From the IMG/VR virus record IMGVR_UViG_3300002131_000090, positions 1 to 64,000 of that record: a stretch of 64,000 nucleotides of DNA, one strand, 5' to 3'. Positions 8,734 through 18,590 of the stretch are shown piece after piece (position 1 is the first letter of the stretch; each line of letters opens with the position of its first letter). Position numbers and translations under genes: made by a program. The notes beneath the pieces are model-generated. The model was not told where the DNA came from. It worked only from the letters and a program-made list of their open reading frames with translations, and searched no databases. This DNA comes from a virus.

Positions 8734-9263
8734 TGGAATTAATACTAGCACCTAACCATATGTTAGAACATCCAGTAACAATGTTTGACTTTGAACGTAT
8801 GCATCCTGCGCCATTTGCCGAAGATATGCGTGACTTAATGTACAAGCATGGCGGATTAGGAATAAGTGCAAATCAAGTTGGTGTGCCTTTTCAAATATTT
8901 GTAATGAAACCGGTGTTAAATAAAAAATTTAATGCAGTAGGCGAAGTTACAGTTGTAATTAATCCAGTAATTAAAGGCATAAGCGAAGAAAAAGAGCTAG
9001 GTCCCGAAGGCTGTTTAAGTCATCCTGGATTAATTCTTAATGTAAAACGTCCAATTAGTTGTATTGTTGAATTTGATACATTGACAAGTGACTATAAACA
9101 TGTTATACATGTAGATACAAAGTTCGATGATATTGATGCTAGAATATTTTTACACGAATACGACCATCTACACGGCATACAATTTATCGACAGAGTAAGT
9201 AAGTTAAAGCTACAGTTAGCAGAAAAGAAAAGAGTTAAAAGGACAAAAAATGGTAGAACCTAG
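8730..9263 (+). CDS. def: Peptide deformylase
   Basis: GLGISANQVG, EGCLS, HEYDHLHG. Confidence 0.95.
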   Translation: MMELILAPNHMLEHPVTMFDFERMHPAPFAEDMRDLMYKHGGLGISANQVGVPFQIFVMKPVLNKKFNAVGEVTVVINPVIKGISEEKELGPEGCLSHPGLILNVKRPISCIVEFDTLTSDYKHVIHVDTKFDDIDARIFLHEYDHLHGIQFIDRVSKLKLQLAEKKRVKRTKNGRT

Positions 9264-11499
9264 TACAGCATTACAAGTAGTATTTGACAAAGCAGTTAGT
9301 GATGCAAAAAAACTACAACACGAATACGTTACATTAGAGCATCTCTTATATGCAATGTTGTGTGAAGAATCTTTTGAAAATATCATTGTAGGCTATGGAG
9401 CAGATCCAGAGCTTATGAAAAAGAATTTAGAAAACTATTTAAAAACTAAACTAGAACAAGTTAAAACAGATTTAGTAAAGTTTAAACCAAAAAAAACTGC
9501 AACTGTAGAACGTGTACTAAGTAGAGCATTTACACAGGTACTATTTCAAGGAAGAAACGCTATCGAAGTAAGTGATGTGTTTATTAGTATTTTAAGTGAA
9601 AAAAGGTCTTATGCATTCTTTATCACAACACAATCTAATATCAATAAAGATACCTTTGTTTCATATATGAGTGCAGAGCTTGACGATGTTGTTGATGAAG
9701 AAGAAACTGAAAATCAAGGTGTTGCTAACAAAGCATTGAGAACGTTTACAGCTGATTTAAATCATGATGTTAAAAAAGGCAAAATTGATCCTGTTATTGG
9801 GCGAGATGAAGAGATTGAACAACTTGCATTAGCACTTGGTCGCAGATCAAAAAGCAATGTGCTTATGGTAGGCGATCCAGGTGTTGGTAAAACTGCTATT
9901 GCAGAAGGGCTTGCTTATCGTATTGTTAATAAACAAGTACCTAAGTTTTTACAAGAATATAATGTATATAGTTTAGATATCGGTAGTATGCTTGCTGGTA
10001 GTAAATATCGTGGTGATTTTGAAGAACGTTTTAAACTTGTACTGCAAGCACTACAGAAAAAAGGCAAGACTATTATGTTTATCGACGAAGCACACATGAT
10101 CAGTGGCGCTGGCGCAGGTGGCTCTGGTAATAGCAACGACCTTGCTAACATGCTAAAACCAGCTCTAGCAAAAGGCAACATCAAAGTTGTTGCATCAACT
10201 ACTTGGGAAGAATATCGCAAGTTTTTTGAAAAGGATCGTGCGCTTATGCGTCGATTCCAACGTGTAACAATTGACGAACCTACTCCGGTAATGTCAGTTG
10301 AAATCTTGCAAGGCATTAGAAAGTATTATGAAGAATTTCATGGTGTAGAAATTACAGATGAAGCAATTGATACTGCTGTTAAACTGAGTGTTAAATATCA
10401 AACTGACAAAAAACTTCCTGATAAAGCAATTGATCTTATTGATCTTGCGTGTTCAAGATTTAAAGTTCGCGATATTGAAGAAAACAAAATTATCAATGAA
10501 GCTAGTATTCAATTTGAACTTAGTAAGATTGTTAATATTCCCGAAGAACAAGTTGCCGAAAGAGAAACTGAAAATCTTATTAATCTAGAAAAAAATCTCA
10601 AAGGCAGTGTATACGGACAGGATACTGCAATTGAATCAATTGTTGATAAAATTCTTGTAGCACAAGCAGGACTCAAAGCTGAAAATAAACCGATTGGTAG
10701 TTTTGTGTTTATGGGCCCAACAGGAACAGGTAAAACCGAAACTGCAAAACAACTTGCAACACATCTTGGTGTAAGTCTTGTACGCTTTGACATGTCAGAG
10801 TACCAAGAGAAACACAGTGTTTCTAAATTTATTGGTGCACCTCCTGGATATGTTGGGTTTGATGATGATGCAGGTCAACTTATTATTAAATTACAGCAAA
10901 ATCCTAACTGTGTTCTATTACTTGACGAGATTGAAAAAGCACACCCTGATGTAAGTGCTGTTCTACTACAACTTATGGACAATGGTAAGATTACAGGAAG
11001 TAATGGTAAAGAAGGTGATGCACGTAACTGTGTACTAATCCTTACTACTAACTTAGGTGCTAGAGAGGCCGAGAAGAATAGTATTGGATTCGGTGAGACC
11101 TTTGAAAAAGACTATGAAGACGGGGAATTGAAAAAATACTTCTCTCCTGAATTTAGAAACAGACTAGATGGTATTATTACATTTGGTAAACTTGATAAAA
11201 ATACAATGATGAAAATTGTTGGTAAGTTCCTTAAGGAACTTAAAGATCAAGTTGTCAGTAAAAATATTAAAGTTAAAGTTTCAAACGAAGCTCTTGACTA
11301 TTTGGTAGACAAGGGGTTTGATCCTAAAATGGGAGCAAGACCTCTACAAAGACTTATTGATAAAGAAATTAAACAGCCTTTGTCAAGACTGATGTTGTTC
11401 GGATCTCTTAAAAGTGGAGGTGAAGTTTGTGTAAATATTAATAACGAAAACAAACTAGTACTGGAAACCGAACCGCATGAGCAAACTCAGACTTTGTGA
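9250..11499 (+). CDS. clpA: ClpA-type AAA+ unfoldase
   Basis: Clp N-domain, GDPGVGKT and [18 protein letters not shown] loop, MGARPL; no ClpB middle domain. Confidence 0.92.
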   Translation: MVEPSTALQVVFDKAVSDAKKLQHEYVTLEHLLYAMLCEESFENIIVGYGADPELMKKNLENYLKTKLEQVKTDLVKFKPKKTATVERVLSRAFTQVLFQGRNAIEVSDVFISILSEKRSYAFFITTQSNINKDTFVSYMSAELDDVVDEEETENQGVANKALRTFTADLNHDVKKGKIDPVIGRDEEIEQLALALGRRSKSNVLMVGDPGVGKTAIAEGLAYRIVNKQVPKFLQEYNVYSLDIGSMLAGSKYRGDFEERFKLVLQALQKKGKTIMFIDEAHMISGAGAGGSGNSNDLANMLKPALAKGNIKVVASTTWEEYRKFFEKDRALMRRFQRVTIDEPTPVMSVEILQGIRKYYEEFHGVEITDEAIDTAVKLSVKYQTDKKLPDKAIDLIDLACSRFKVRDIEENKIINEASIQFELSKIVNIPEEQVAERETENLINLEKNLKGSVYGQDTAIESIVDKILVAQAGLKAENKPIGSFVFMGPTGTGKTETAKQLATHLGVSLVRFDMSEYQEKHSVSKFIGAPPGYVGFDDDAGQLIIKLQQNPNCVLLLDEIEKAHPDVSAVLLQLMDNGKITGSNGKEGDARNCVLILTTNLGAREAEKNSIGFGETFEKDYEDGELKKYFSPEFRNRLDGIITFGKLDKNTMMKIVGKFLKELKDQVVSKNIKVKVSNEALDYLVDKGFDPKMGARPLQRLIDKEIKQPLSRLMLFGSLKSGGEVCVNINNENKLVLETEPHEQTQTL

Positions 11500-12184
11500 G
11501 TCAAAAAAACTACATTACGGAAAATACCTGTATAAACTAAAGATAATAACTCCTTTAGCAGGTATTTTCCGCACCGATCTTCAAAAGAATAAAAATGGGA
11601 CACTTGCCTATGCCAAAGAACGAATTGATAGCTATTATAACGATTCACGAAATGGCGAACAGGCAACTATTAAAAAATTTAGAGCAAGTATAGTTATATC
11701 AACCGACGAACTGCTTGATGCTAATAGCATATACACCGCTTTACGCAATTCGTTAGGTCACTTAATACGATGTGAATACAATACTTTAATAATATATACA
11801 AATCACAAAGACATCCTTATTAAGTTATCTAAAAAATTAAAAACTAATAGTGTAGAATTTTGGGAACCAGACGATAGTGTTGTTGAATTTTTAAAAAATA
11901 ATGCAAACACTATTATAGTTGATAAGCTACCTCGCTTTCCTTACAAGATTACATTTGGAAGAAAAGCACCAAAACCCGAATTTCGAGTTTGGTTACTAAA
12001 CAATCGTAATAAAGTACAAGTAGGTCCAATATTAATGAAGAATTTGAGTAATGAATACTCGTATATACAAGGACAATATATATATGTACGTGACGAAAAT
12101 GTTATTTTTCTATTACAACTGATGATAGGTGATAATATTAGCAGAATAGATAAACTTGTATGTAAAGCAAATATAGATAAATAG
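11477..12184 (+). CDS. Hypothetical phage protein
   Basis: 235-aa ORF overlapping the clpA stop. Confidence 0.7.
   Translation: MSKLRLCESKKLHYGKYLYKLKIITPLAGIFRTDLQKNKNGTLAYAKERIDSYYNDSRNGEQATIKKFRASIVISTDELLDANSIYTALRNSLGHLIRCEYNTLIIYTNHKDILIKLSKKLKTNSVEFWEPDDSVVEFLKNNANTIIVDKLPRFPYKITFGRKAPKPEFRVWLLNNRNKVQVGPILMKNLSNEYSYIQGQYIYVRDENVIFLLQLMIGDNISRIDKLVCKANIDK
12176..12183 (+). promoter_or_regulatory. Putative late promoter, leaderless type
   Basis: GATAAATA + 5 nt + ATG 12189, no SD. Confidence 0.6.
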
Positions 12185-12188
12185 TTAC

Positions 12189-12554
12189 ATGTCATACAAT
12201 AGCGAAATAATTTTATCAATTCAAACACACCCAGGAGACAGCACCGAAACTGTTGTCACTGGAACTGCCTTTAAAGGTGATGGATACTACAGTCGTAGTG
12301 ATGGGTTTCATACTGTCCAATATAATGTAGTAGGGTTCATAGGAACTATCAACATGCAAGCAACACTGTCTACAACACCAGTTGAGGCAGATTGGTTTAC
12401 CGTTACTAGTGCAGTACACACAAGTACAGCGGCTGATAGTGCCAACAGTGATGGTTCATTTATTAAAAACTTTACTGGAAATTATATATGGGTTAGAGCT
12501 GTTGTAAGTAATTGGACAGACGGCTCGGTTACTAGTATATTATTAAATCATTAG
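12189..12554 (+). CDS. Hypothetical, probable virion beta-rich protein
   Basis: Thr/Ser/Gly-rich; NFTGNYIWVRA; preceded by late promoter. Confidence 0.65.
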   Translation: MSYNSEIILSIQTHPGDSTETVVTGTAFKGDGYYSRSDGFHTVQYNVVGFIGTINMQATLSTTPVEADWFTVTSAVHTSTAADSANSDGSFIKNFTGNYIWVRAVVSNWTDGSVTSILLNH

Positions 12555-12562
12555 GATATAAA

Positions 12563-13126
12563 ATGGAACACTTTGTAAATATAATAATGGAAAAGAACGA
12601 AACCCTAGTCGAAGGACTAGATCGTTCTATATTTTCAGAACAAGTTATGTTCGAAACTGACCAAGGTGCTACAGTTATACAAATTCCGCTACCTAAACAA
12701 CTCAGTGAAGATGAATCAGACGAATATGCTAGTCGTTTAGCCAACTATATGTTTGAAATGGGCTACAGTGACTTTGATATCGAAATCAGTACCGAAGGCG
12801 AAGAATTAGACGAGGAGACATACGAAGGCGATGACTTCTTTGAAGAATACGATGTTATGTGGTTCAATGAAGACGATGCATTAGACGAAGCAGAATATCA
12901 AGGCCGTAAAGTTTCGCTAGGCAAGCCTATGCAAGGCGATGTAAAGAAGTTTAAAGTATATGTTAAAAAACCAAATGGCAATGTAGTCAAAGTTAACTTT
13001 GGTGATCCTAATATGCGTATTAAGAAATCAAACCCAGCACGTAGAAGAAGTTTCCGTGCAAGACACAATTGTGATAATCCTGGGCCTAGAACATCTGCAA
13101 GATATTGGAGTTGTAGGGCCTGGTGA
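12563..13126 (+). CDS. Probable internal head protein: acidic N-half, basic C-terminal domain
   Basis: LDE|AEYQG boundary, then KKFKVYV...VNFGD...SFRARHNC...ARYWSC. Confidence 0.7.
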   Translation: MEHFVNIIMEKNETLVEGLDRSIFSEQVMFETDQGATVIQIPLPKQLSEDESDEYASRLANYMFEMGYSDFDIEISTEGEELDEETYEGDDFFEEYDVMWFNEDDALDEAEYQGRKVSLGKPMQGDVKKFKVYVKKPNGNVVKVNFGDPNMRIKKSNPARRRSFRARHNCDNPGPRTSARYWSCRAW

Positions 13127-13283
13127 TGTATTATATTATCTATAAAATAACTAACCATATAAATGGAAAATATTACATTAGTAGACACGCTACTAAAGAT
13201 GTAAATGACTCCATGGGTAGTGGTATAGGTAATCATAAAGGGTTCCTTGTAGAACAATTAAGTACTTATAAGAGAGAAGCATA

Positions 13284-13670
13284 ATGGTAAAATCCGTAGC
13301 AGAACAAATTAGAGAAATGGGCGACCGTCTTATGCAAATTCATAACGAAGCGTTAATGAGTGAGCCCAGCAACAACGAACTTGACTGGGACGTTGTTGAG
13401 GATCTTGTAGTCTTCATGAAGAATGACCCAGATTTTTATAGAAATGATGTATATCCATGTATGGTAAATGTTCAAGAAACAGTTAAGCATGGTGGAAAAT
13501 TTAATAAAAAGAGTATGCTACCTATTGTCGAAAAAGCAATAAACGAATATATTAAAAAGTTTGATATTAAAAAACTTCCTGAAGACCTTATGAACAGCAG
13601 TCAAAAGATGGAATGTATTAGTAAAATACTTAATGACGAAAAAGAAAACTTTCGTAAAGGAACTTATTAA
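13284..13670 (+). CDS. Hypothetical phage protein
   Basis: 128-aa ORF; ATTAAGTA motif at 13257 upstream. Confidence 0.7.
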   Translation: MVKSVAEQIREMGDRLMQIHNEALMSEPSNNELDWDVVEDLVVFMKNDPDFYRNDVYPCMVNVQETVKHGGKFNKKSMLPIVEKAINEYIKKFDIKKLPEDLMNSSQKMECISKILNDEKENFRKGTY

Positions 13671-15589
13671 TGCGTTTAAGACAACTGTTTGAGGGTACCG
13701 CAAGACGTATAGTAGCAGTAATGCCGGGTGGATTTCATCCATTTCATCCTGGACATAAAAGTCTATACGATTGGGCTGTGCAAACATTTGGTAAAGACAA
13801 TGTTTATGTTGCTGCAACCGATGATACTGCTGTAAGACCATTTCCGTTTGAAGTTAAGAAACAACTAGCAGCAATGGCCGGTGTGCCTAAAGATAGATTT
13901 ATTCAAGTTAAATCTCCCTTTAATGCAATGAGTTATAATAATCTACTAGAGCCCGATACTGCAATTGTGTTTGTTAGAAGCGTTAAAGATAAGACCGAAC
14001 AACCACTTCCTGATCAAACAAAAAAGAATGGCGAACCAGGATACTTGAAGACATATACTGGAAAAAACTTAGACACAGCTAACCAGTCGGGATATATGGC
14101 ATACGGTCCTACTATTAACTTTGACTTCAGCGGTATGAAATTCAAGAGCGCAGGTGAATTAAGAAATACTTGGCCCGCTATGAGTCCTGAAGATAAACTA
14201 AAAGCTGCTAAACTATTATATGGCAATGGCGCACCTGTAGCAGTTGAATTACTTGACAAAGCATTAGGTGGCGCTGTAGAAGAAGGTACTGCCGATGATA
14301 TAATAGGAAAAGCAGGCACATTAGCAGGCGCAGCAGGGGCGGCCGTTATCAGTAGTGCCGGTGCTGCAAGTAGATTAGCTTGGCAAGGACTTAAATATGT
14401 TATTGCAGGAATTTTAAATATTCATCCAGAGGATGTTGCCTTTGTTAGACAACAACTATCAAAACAAGGCAAAGCCGCCTTATACAACTTGGCAAAAGAT
14501 GGCGGGCGTGTAGAACCAACACTTCAAAAGACTCTCGAACTTACTCCAAGAATGCGAATGGATGCAATAAAAAAACTAATTGGTGATATCGAAGCAAAGG
14601 CGGCTGCTAAAGCTGCGGCTGCTACTGTTAGTCGCACAACTGGAGCAGGGCGCGGTGCTGGCGGCAGAATATTCTCTATAAATGATAATCCCATTCAAAG
14701 TGGGCAAAACGCATTAGGGCAAAAATGGCTCGAAATGTCAAATGAATCAAACCCGTTTACTGATGTAAGTAAGGCCGCAAAGATAGATTTAAAAACTGCT
14801 ATTAAGACTCTTAATCCTAGAGAACAAGAAGTTATACAAATGCGTTTTCAACACGATATGACGTTTGATGCAATAGGAAAAGAGTTGGGTGTTGGTAAAG
14901 ATCGTGTTGCTCAAATACTTGCAAAAATTATTAGAAAATTAAAACACCCAAGCAGAGGCGTTGTAGAACCTACAACAGAAAACTTTGCAGATGGTAGGAA
15001 AAAAGTACAAGAAGCATTAGACACTCCATATCCATACCAATGGCACAAACAAGATGAAGACCATTATGTTGCTAAAGCAGACACACCAGCAGGGCTAATG
15101 CTGATAATGTTTGAATGGATGCAGGGCGATGAGAGTTGGAATATTGATTTTGCAGTAAACGGCAGAATGGGCAAAAGCGGCGCCGGTGATGAGTTTAGTA
15201 TATTTGCTACTGTAATAGCTGTTATCCGTGACTGGGTAAGCAAAGTAGATTTAAGTACAGTTAAACTAATTTCATTCAGCGCAGATAAGTCTGGTGACGC
15301 AGGCACAAGTAGAACAAAACTATACACTCGTTTCGCAAAGCAAATGGCTAGCCAACTTGGATGGAGACTAGAAGTTAATACACGAGATACAGTTGATGAT
15401 TTTTTCAAAATGCATAATCCAGACGTACAAGTTAAAGAAGCAGTAGCAGGACAAGGTATGGAGCCAGAAGACGCTCAGGATGCCGCAGCCGAGTTTTTCA
15501 AAGTTGACCCAGCAGAGTTTGATAAGTTTTTTAGCAGTAGAAACGAATCATCCGAACTAGATAGAATTAAAAAACTTTCAGGAATATAA
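13670..15589 (+). CDS. Multidomain (poly)protein: HxGH nucleotidyltransferase, Ala/Gly-rich segment, sigma70 region-4-like domain, possible GNAT-like domain
   Basis: PGGFHPFHPGH; LNPREQEVIQMRF...RVAQILAKIIRKLKHPSR; N-terminal MRLRQLFE, C-terminal ELDRIKKLSGI. Confidence 0.8.
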   Translation: MRLRQLFEGTARRIVAVMPGGFHPFHPGHKSLYDWAVQTFGKDNVYVAATDDTAVRPFPFEVKKQLAAMAGVPKDRFIQVKSPFNAMSYNNLLEPDTAIVFVRSVKDKTEQPLPDQTKKNGEPGYLKTYTGKNLDTANQSGYMAYGPTINFDFSGMKFKSAGELRNTWPAMSPEDKLKAAKLLYGNGAPVAVELLDKALGGAVEEGTADDIIGKAGTLAGAAGAAVISSAGAASRLAWQGLKYVIAGILNIHPEDVAFVRQQLSKQGKAALYNLAKDGGRVEPTLQKTLELTPRMRMDAIKKLIGDIEAKAAAKAAAATVSRTTGAGRGAGGRIFSINDNPIQSGQNALGQKWLEMSNESNPFTDVSKAAKIDLKTAIKTLNPREQEVIQMRFQHDMTFDAIGKELGVGKDRVAQILAKIIRKLKHPSRGVVEPTTENFADGRKKVQEALDTPYPYQWHKQDEDHYVAKADTPAGLMLIMFEWMQGDESWNIDFAVNGRMGKSGAGDEFSIFATVIAVIRDWVSKVDLSTVKLISFSADKSGDAGTSRTKLYTRFAKQMASQLGWRLEVNTRDTVDDFFKMHNPDVQVKEAVAGQGMEPEDAQDAAAEFFKVDPAEFDKFFSSRNESSELDRIKKLSGI

Positions 15590-15592
15590 GGA

Positions 15593-15778
15593 ATGACGGT
15601 TTTGTTTAGCAAATACGAAGGCTGGAAAAGCAAAGAAGAAATAGCTCATTATATAAAAAAATATAAAGAGCACGAAGCACGTAGAGCAAGCACAGACGAA
15701 CGTAATGCGTATTGGCAACAATACACAGAACGTAAACACTATGTACCGCGATCAAGAGTAAGATTTGAACATGGATGA
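15593..15778 (+). CDS. Hypothetical protein
   Basis: 61-aa ORF with SD, in operon. Confidence 0.55.
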   Translation: MTVLFSKYEGWKSKEEIAHYIKKYKEHEARRASTDERNAYWQQYTERKHYVPRSRVRFEHG

Positions 15779-15986
15779 ATTAGAATACATTAAAAAGCTC
15801 GCAGGAGTAAATGAGTTTAAAGGATACAAAGAGTATACTTTAGAAAACATAAGCGATGCTGCTAATGCTAATCGTAAAAAAGAACGTGAACAAAATATAA
15901 AACCAGGAACAGATGAGTGGTTTAAATTATGGTTCAGCTTGCCAGGCATGACAGGGACAAAAGGATTTCGAGGCCGTAAGAAATGA
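15765..15986 (+). CDS. Hypothetical protein
   Basis: ELEYIKKLAGV motif shared with the end of ORF 13670; IKPGTDEWFKLWF. Confidence 0.7.
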   Translation: MNMDELEYIKKLAGVNEFKGYKEYTLENISDAANANRKKEREQNIKPGTDEWFKLWFSLPGMTGTKGFRGRKK

Positions 15987-16210
15987 AAAAGATTAAAAAG
16001 TTTTTTTGTCGTTTATGGAGAAGTTGGTTTCCACACCACGTATTATATATAACTCATCGTGGCACAGAGTATACTATCTATGTAACTGATTTTAAAAAAC
16101 TTGGTCCAAAGAAAATATCAGGCAAGAACAAAGACGGAGAATATTTTGAATTTATTAGCAATAACCCTATGGATTACTTTTACGAAGAATATAGGGATGA
16201 TCTAAAATGA
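15983..16210 (+). CDS. Hypothetical protein
   Basis: ATGA-coupled on both sides. Confidence 0.6.
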   Translation: MKKIKKFFCRLWRSWFPHHVLYITHRGTEYTIYVTDFKKLGPKKISGKNKDGEYFEFISNNPMDYFYEEYRDDLK

Positions 16211-17499
16211 AAGCAATTGATCTGCTTGAAGAAATAAAATTAGGATTGACTATATTTGATATAGACGATACACTATTCCGTACTACAGCACAAATTAAAG
16301 TTGTTAAAGATGGCCGAGAAATTCGTAGCTTAAACAATCAAGAATTTAATACATATCAATTGCAAGACGGTGAGAGCTTTGACTTTGGCGAATTTAGAAA
16401 TGCCGAAAAGTTTAATAAAGAAAGCATACCAATCAGTCCGATGATTGCTAAACTTAAAGCAATAATTAAAAATGCAGGTGCAAGTAAAGTTATTATGCTT
16501 ACTGCAAGAGCAGACTTTGATAATAAAGATTTGTTTTTAGATACTTTTAGAAAATACGGAGTTGACATGAGCAAGGTTCATGTACACCGTGCAGGTAACT
16601 TGGGTATAGCACCTGCAGAAAGTAAAGCAGTATGGATTAGAAAGTATTTAGATACTGGTAAATTTGGTAGAGTTCGCTTGTATGACGATGCTATGAGCAA
16701 TATTAAAATGTTTATCAATTTACAAAAAGAGTATCCAGGGGTACAATTCTTCCCTTACTTTGTCACACACAAAGGCGGCATTACAACTATTAGAGAAGAA
16801 GTAAACATTGACAATAAAAGTGGCCGTGGGCATGTTCCTAACAACAGCGAAGTAGATTACTTTGGTATGCGTGTTAAAATGAAGCCCAGTACATTTATTA
16901 AACTAGCATCTAAACTAGGTCAAGAACCTTCAGATGAAATGATTGATTATATTAAAAAAGGCGGTGCAATTGCTAGTCCGTTTTTAATTATTAGTACAGA
17001 TGGTACCGATAATCCTGCATCTGTTATTGGCCACGAAGGTCGTAATCGTATGCTGGCAGTTATAAAAGCAGAAGGTGATGTACCAGTAGAAGTACACTTG
17101 TTCTTTAATAGCAATCAAGTTAATCGTGCTAGACATTTGACTCCAGAACTAGTTGGTTCTCTTAAACAAAAACTAATCAGTCAAGATGACAATATAGTCA
17201 ATGGACCGTTATGGGAAGATAGTAGAATTGTAAAAGGTGTTAACACCACGGTTGACGTTGGAACAGACGAGATCAAAACGCAAGCTGCTAAGTTTGGATT
17301 TAACGTAGACAAGGACGGACGTCCACCTACGCTTAGTAAGAATGTAAAAGGCAAGTCAACTAACGTATTGTATAACTTAGGAATGACAGAGAATAGTATT
17401 CCACGTTATACAGCAGCAGAGTGGGCTATTATAGAAGGCGGACACAGTTTAGAAATTCCTGAAGCGAAAACTAAACTGTTTAATTTTGATAAATACTAA
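16207..17499 (+). CDS. Multidomain (poly)protein: HAD phosphatase, ParB/Srx-like domain, small C-terminal modules
   Basis: IFDIDDTLF, LTAR, YDD; SPFLII...VIGHEGRNRM; N-terminal MKAIDLLEE. Confidence 0.75.
   Translation: MKAIDLLEEIKLGLTIFDIDDTLFRTTAQIKVVKDGREIRSLNNQEFNTYQLQDGESFDFGEFRNAEKFNKESIPISPMIAKLKAIIKNAGASKVIMLTARADFDNKDLFLDTFRKYGVDMSKVHVHRAGNLGIAPAESKAVWIRKYLDTGKFGRVRLYDDAMSNIKMFINLQKEYPGVQFFPYFVTHKGGITTIREEVNIDNKSGRGHVPNNSEVDYFGMRVKMKPSTFIKLASKLGQEPSDEMIDYIKKGGAIASPFLIISTDGTDNPASVIGHEGRNRMLAVIKAEGDVPVEVHLFFNSNQVNRARHLTPELVGSLKQKLISQDDNIVNGPLWEDSRIVKGVNTTVDVGTDEIKTQAAKFGFNVDKDGRPPTLSKNVKGKSTNVLYNLGMTENSIPRYTAAEWAIIEGGHSLEIPEAKTKLFNFDKY
17488..17495 (+). promoter_or_regulatory. Putative late promoter, leaderless type
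   Basis: GATAAATA + 5 nt + ATG 17501. Confidence 0.55.
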
Positions 17500-17500
17500 T

Positions 17501-17689
17501 ATGTTGTTAAGAGAATTTAAAAAGTACGATTTTAAAATGTTTACGGCTCGAGTGAAAATTCGCCAGCCCATTTATAGTCAATGGATTCCGGTTCAAGTAA
17601 GTGCTAAAAATAAACAAGAAGCACAAAAGCTACTAAAAGCAATGTATGGCCCAGATACGGTTATAACAAATTTGGTACAACAAAAATGA
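17501..17689 (+). CDS. Small hypothetical protein (MLLREF start)
   Basis: ATG 5 nt after the late motif; V.A.N..EA.KLL.A.YG. Confidence 0.65.
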   Translation: MLLREFKKYDFKMFTARVKIRQPIYSQWIPVQVSAKNKQEAQKLLKAMYGPDTVITNLVQQK

Positions 17690-17967
17690 AAATACTTGAT
17701 ATTACAGAAGCAGCAAAACAAGAGCTACCAAAACAACGTAATCCTGTTGCAGCATATGCACAACGTTCTGGAGCAGGTGCTCACAAAGATCAAAATAAAA
17801 AAACTACTCCGTTGCGTAAAGAAAAACATAAGAAAAAAGATCTAGTATTTGCAGACAGTGTAAATGTTAACTCTCCTAAACAAGCAAGAGGCAGTGACAA
17901 AATGCCTAAGAAGAAACTAGGTAGAACAAAGCATCCGTTAGATGGAAAATTAGTAGGGTCGTCATGA
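17686..17967 (+). CDS. Basic probable internal head protein
   Basis: MKILDITE leader; RNPVA...GAGAHKD. Confidence 0.65.
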   Translation: MKILDITEAAKQELPKQRNPVAAYAQRSGAGAHKDQNKKTTPLRKEKHKKKDLVFADSVNVNSPKQARGSDKMPKKKLGRTKHPLDGKLVGSS

Positions 17968-18560
17968 AAATATATGAAGTAACAGAATATAAACAACCAC
18001 AACTTAACGAAGAACAACTTAATGAATGGCTTTCGTTAGTTGCAGCCGCGGCACGTACATTAGCTCCTTACGTAGGTAGGGGTATTATTTCTGGTTCAAA
18101 GTATGCATGGCAAGGAATGAAATGGACTGGGCGATGGATGAAAGGAAATCCGGGAAAATCTACTAGATTTGCTCTTGGAATTACAGTTGCTCCTGAGATT
18201 TTAGACTTGTTTAGCAACGCTAGAGCTATATTAGGACCGTTAGTAAAATACGGAATTCCAATTGCTATTTTATTAGTTATTATAGTACATGGTAAAAGAC
18301 TATACGATGAATTATTTTCAAAAAATCCCGACGACGTTTCGCCAGAACAATTTCAAGAAATTATGCAAAAATATGCAAATCAAATGCAAGTACAGCAACC
18401 TCAAGCAACCCCAGCAACAGAATCTGCAACAGGAATGGGTACTAGTAGTATTGCAACTGTTTCTAATCCAACAGTTGCTCGTAGTAAAAAGAAAGCAAAG
18501 TCGGTATCAGCATTAGACTCAAATGTCTCTTTGTTTGGTGGCAAGACAATTAAACGATAA
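17964..18560 (+). CDS. Probable internal head protein with hydrophobic segments
   Basis: MKIYEVTE leader, LNE sites, TM-like YGIPIAILLVIIV, TE|SATGMGTSSIA module. Confidence 0.65.
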   Translation: MKIYEVTEYKQPQLNEEQLNEWLSLVAAAARTLAPYVGRGIISGSKYAWQGMKWTGRWMKGNPGKSTRFALGITVAPEILDLFSNARAILGPLVKYGIPIAILLVIIVHGKRLYDELFSKNPDDVSPEQFQEIMQKYANQMQVQQPQATPATESATGMGTSSIATVSNPTVARSKKKAKSVSALDSNVSLFGGKTIKR

Positions 18561-18563
18561 ATA
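18556..18563 (+). promoter_or_regulatory. Putative late promoter (GATAAATA)
   Basis: Overlaps the upstream stop codon, 28 nt before ATG 18591 with GGAG SD. Confidence 0.55.
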
Positions 18564-18590
18564 TACTTAACAAGTATTCCGGAGAATAAG

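Noticed and set aside
9081-9109. TTGACA-17-TATACA inside def as an internal clpA promoter
   Set aside because: The -10 lacks the conserved final T and lies in coding sequence; not distinguishable from chance
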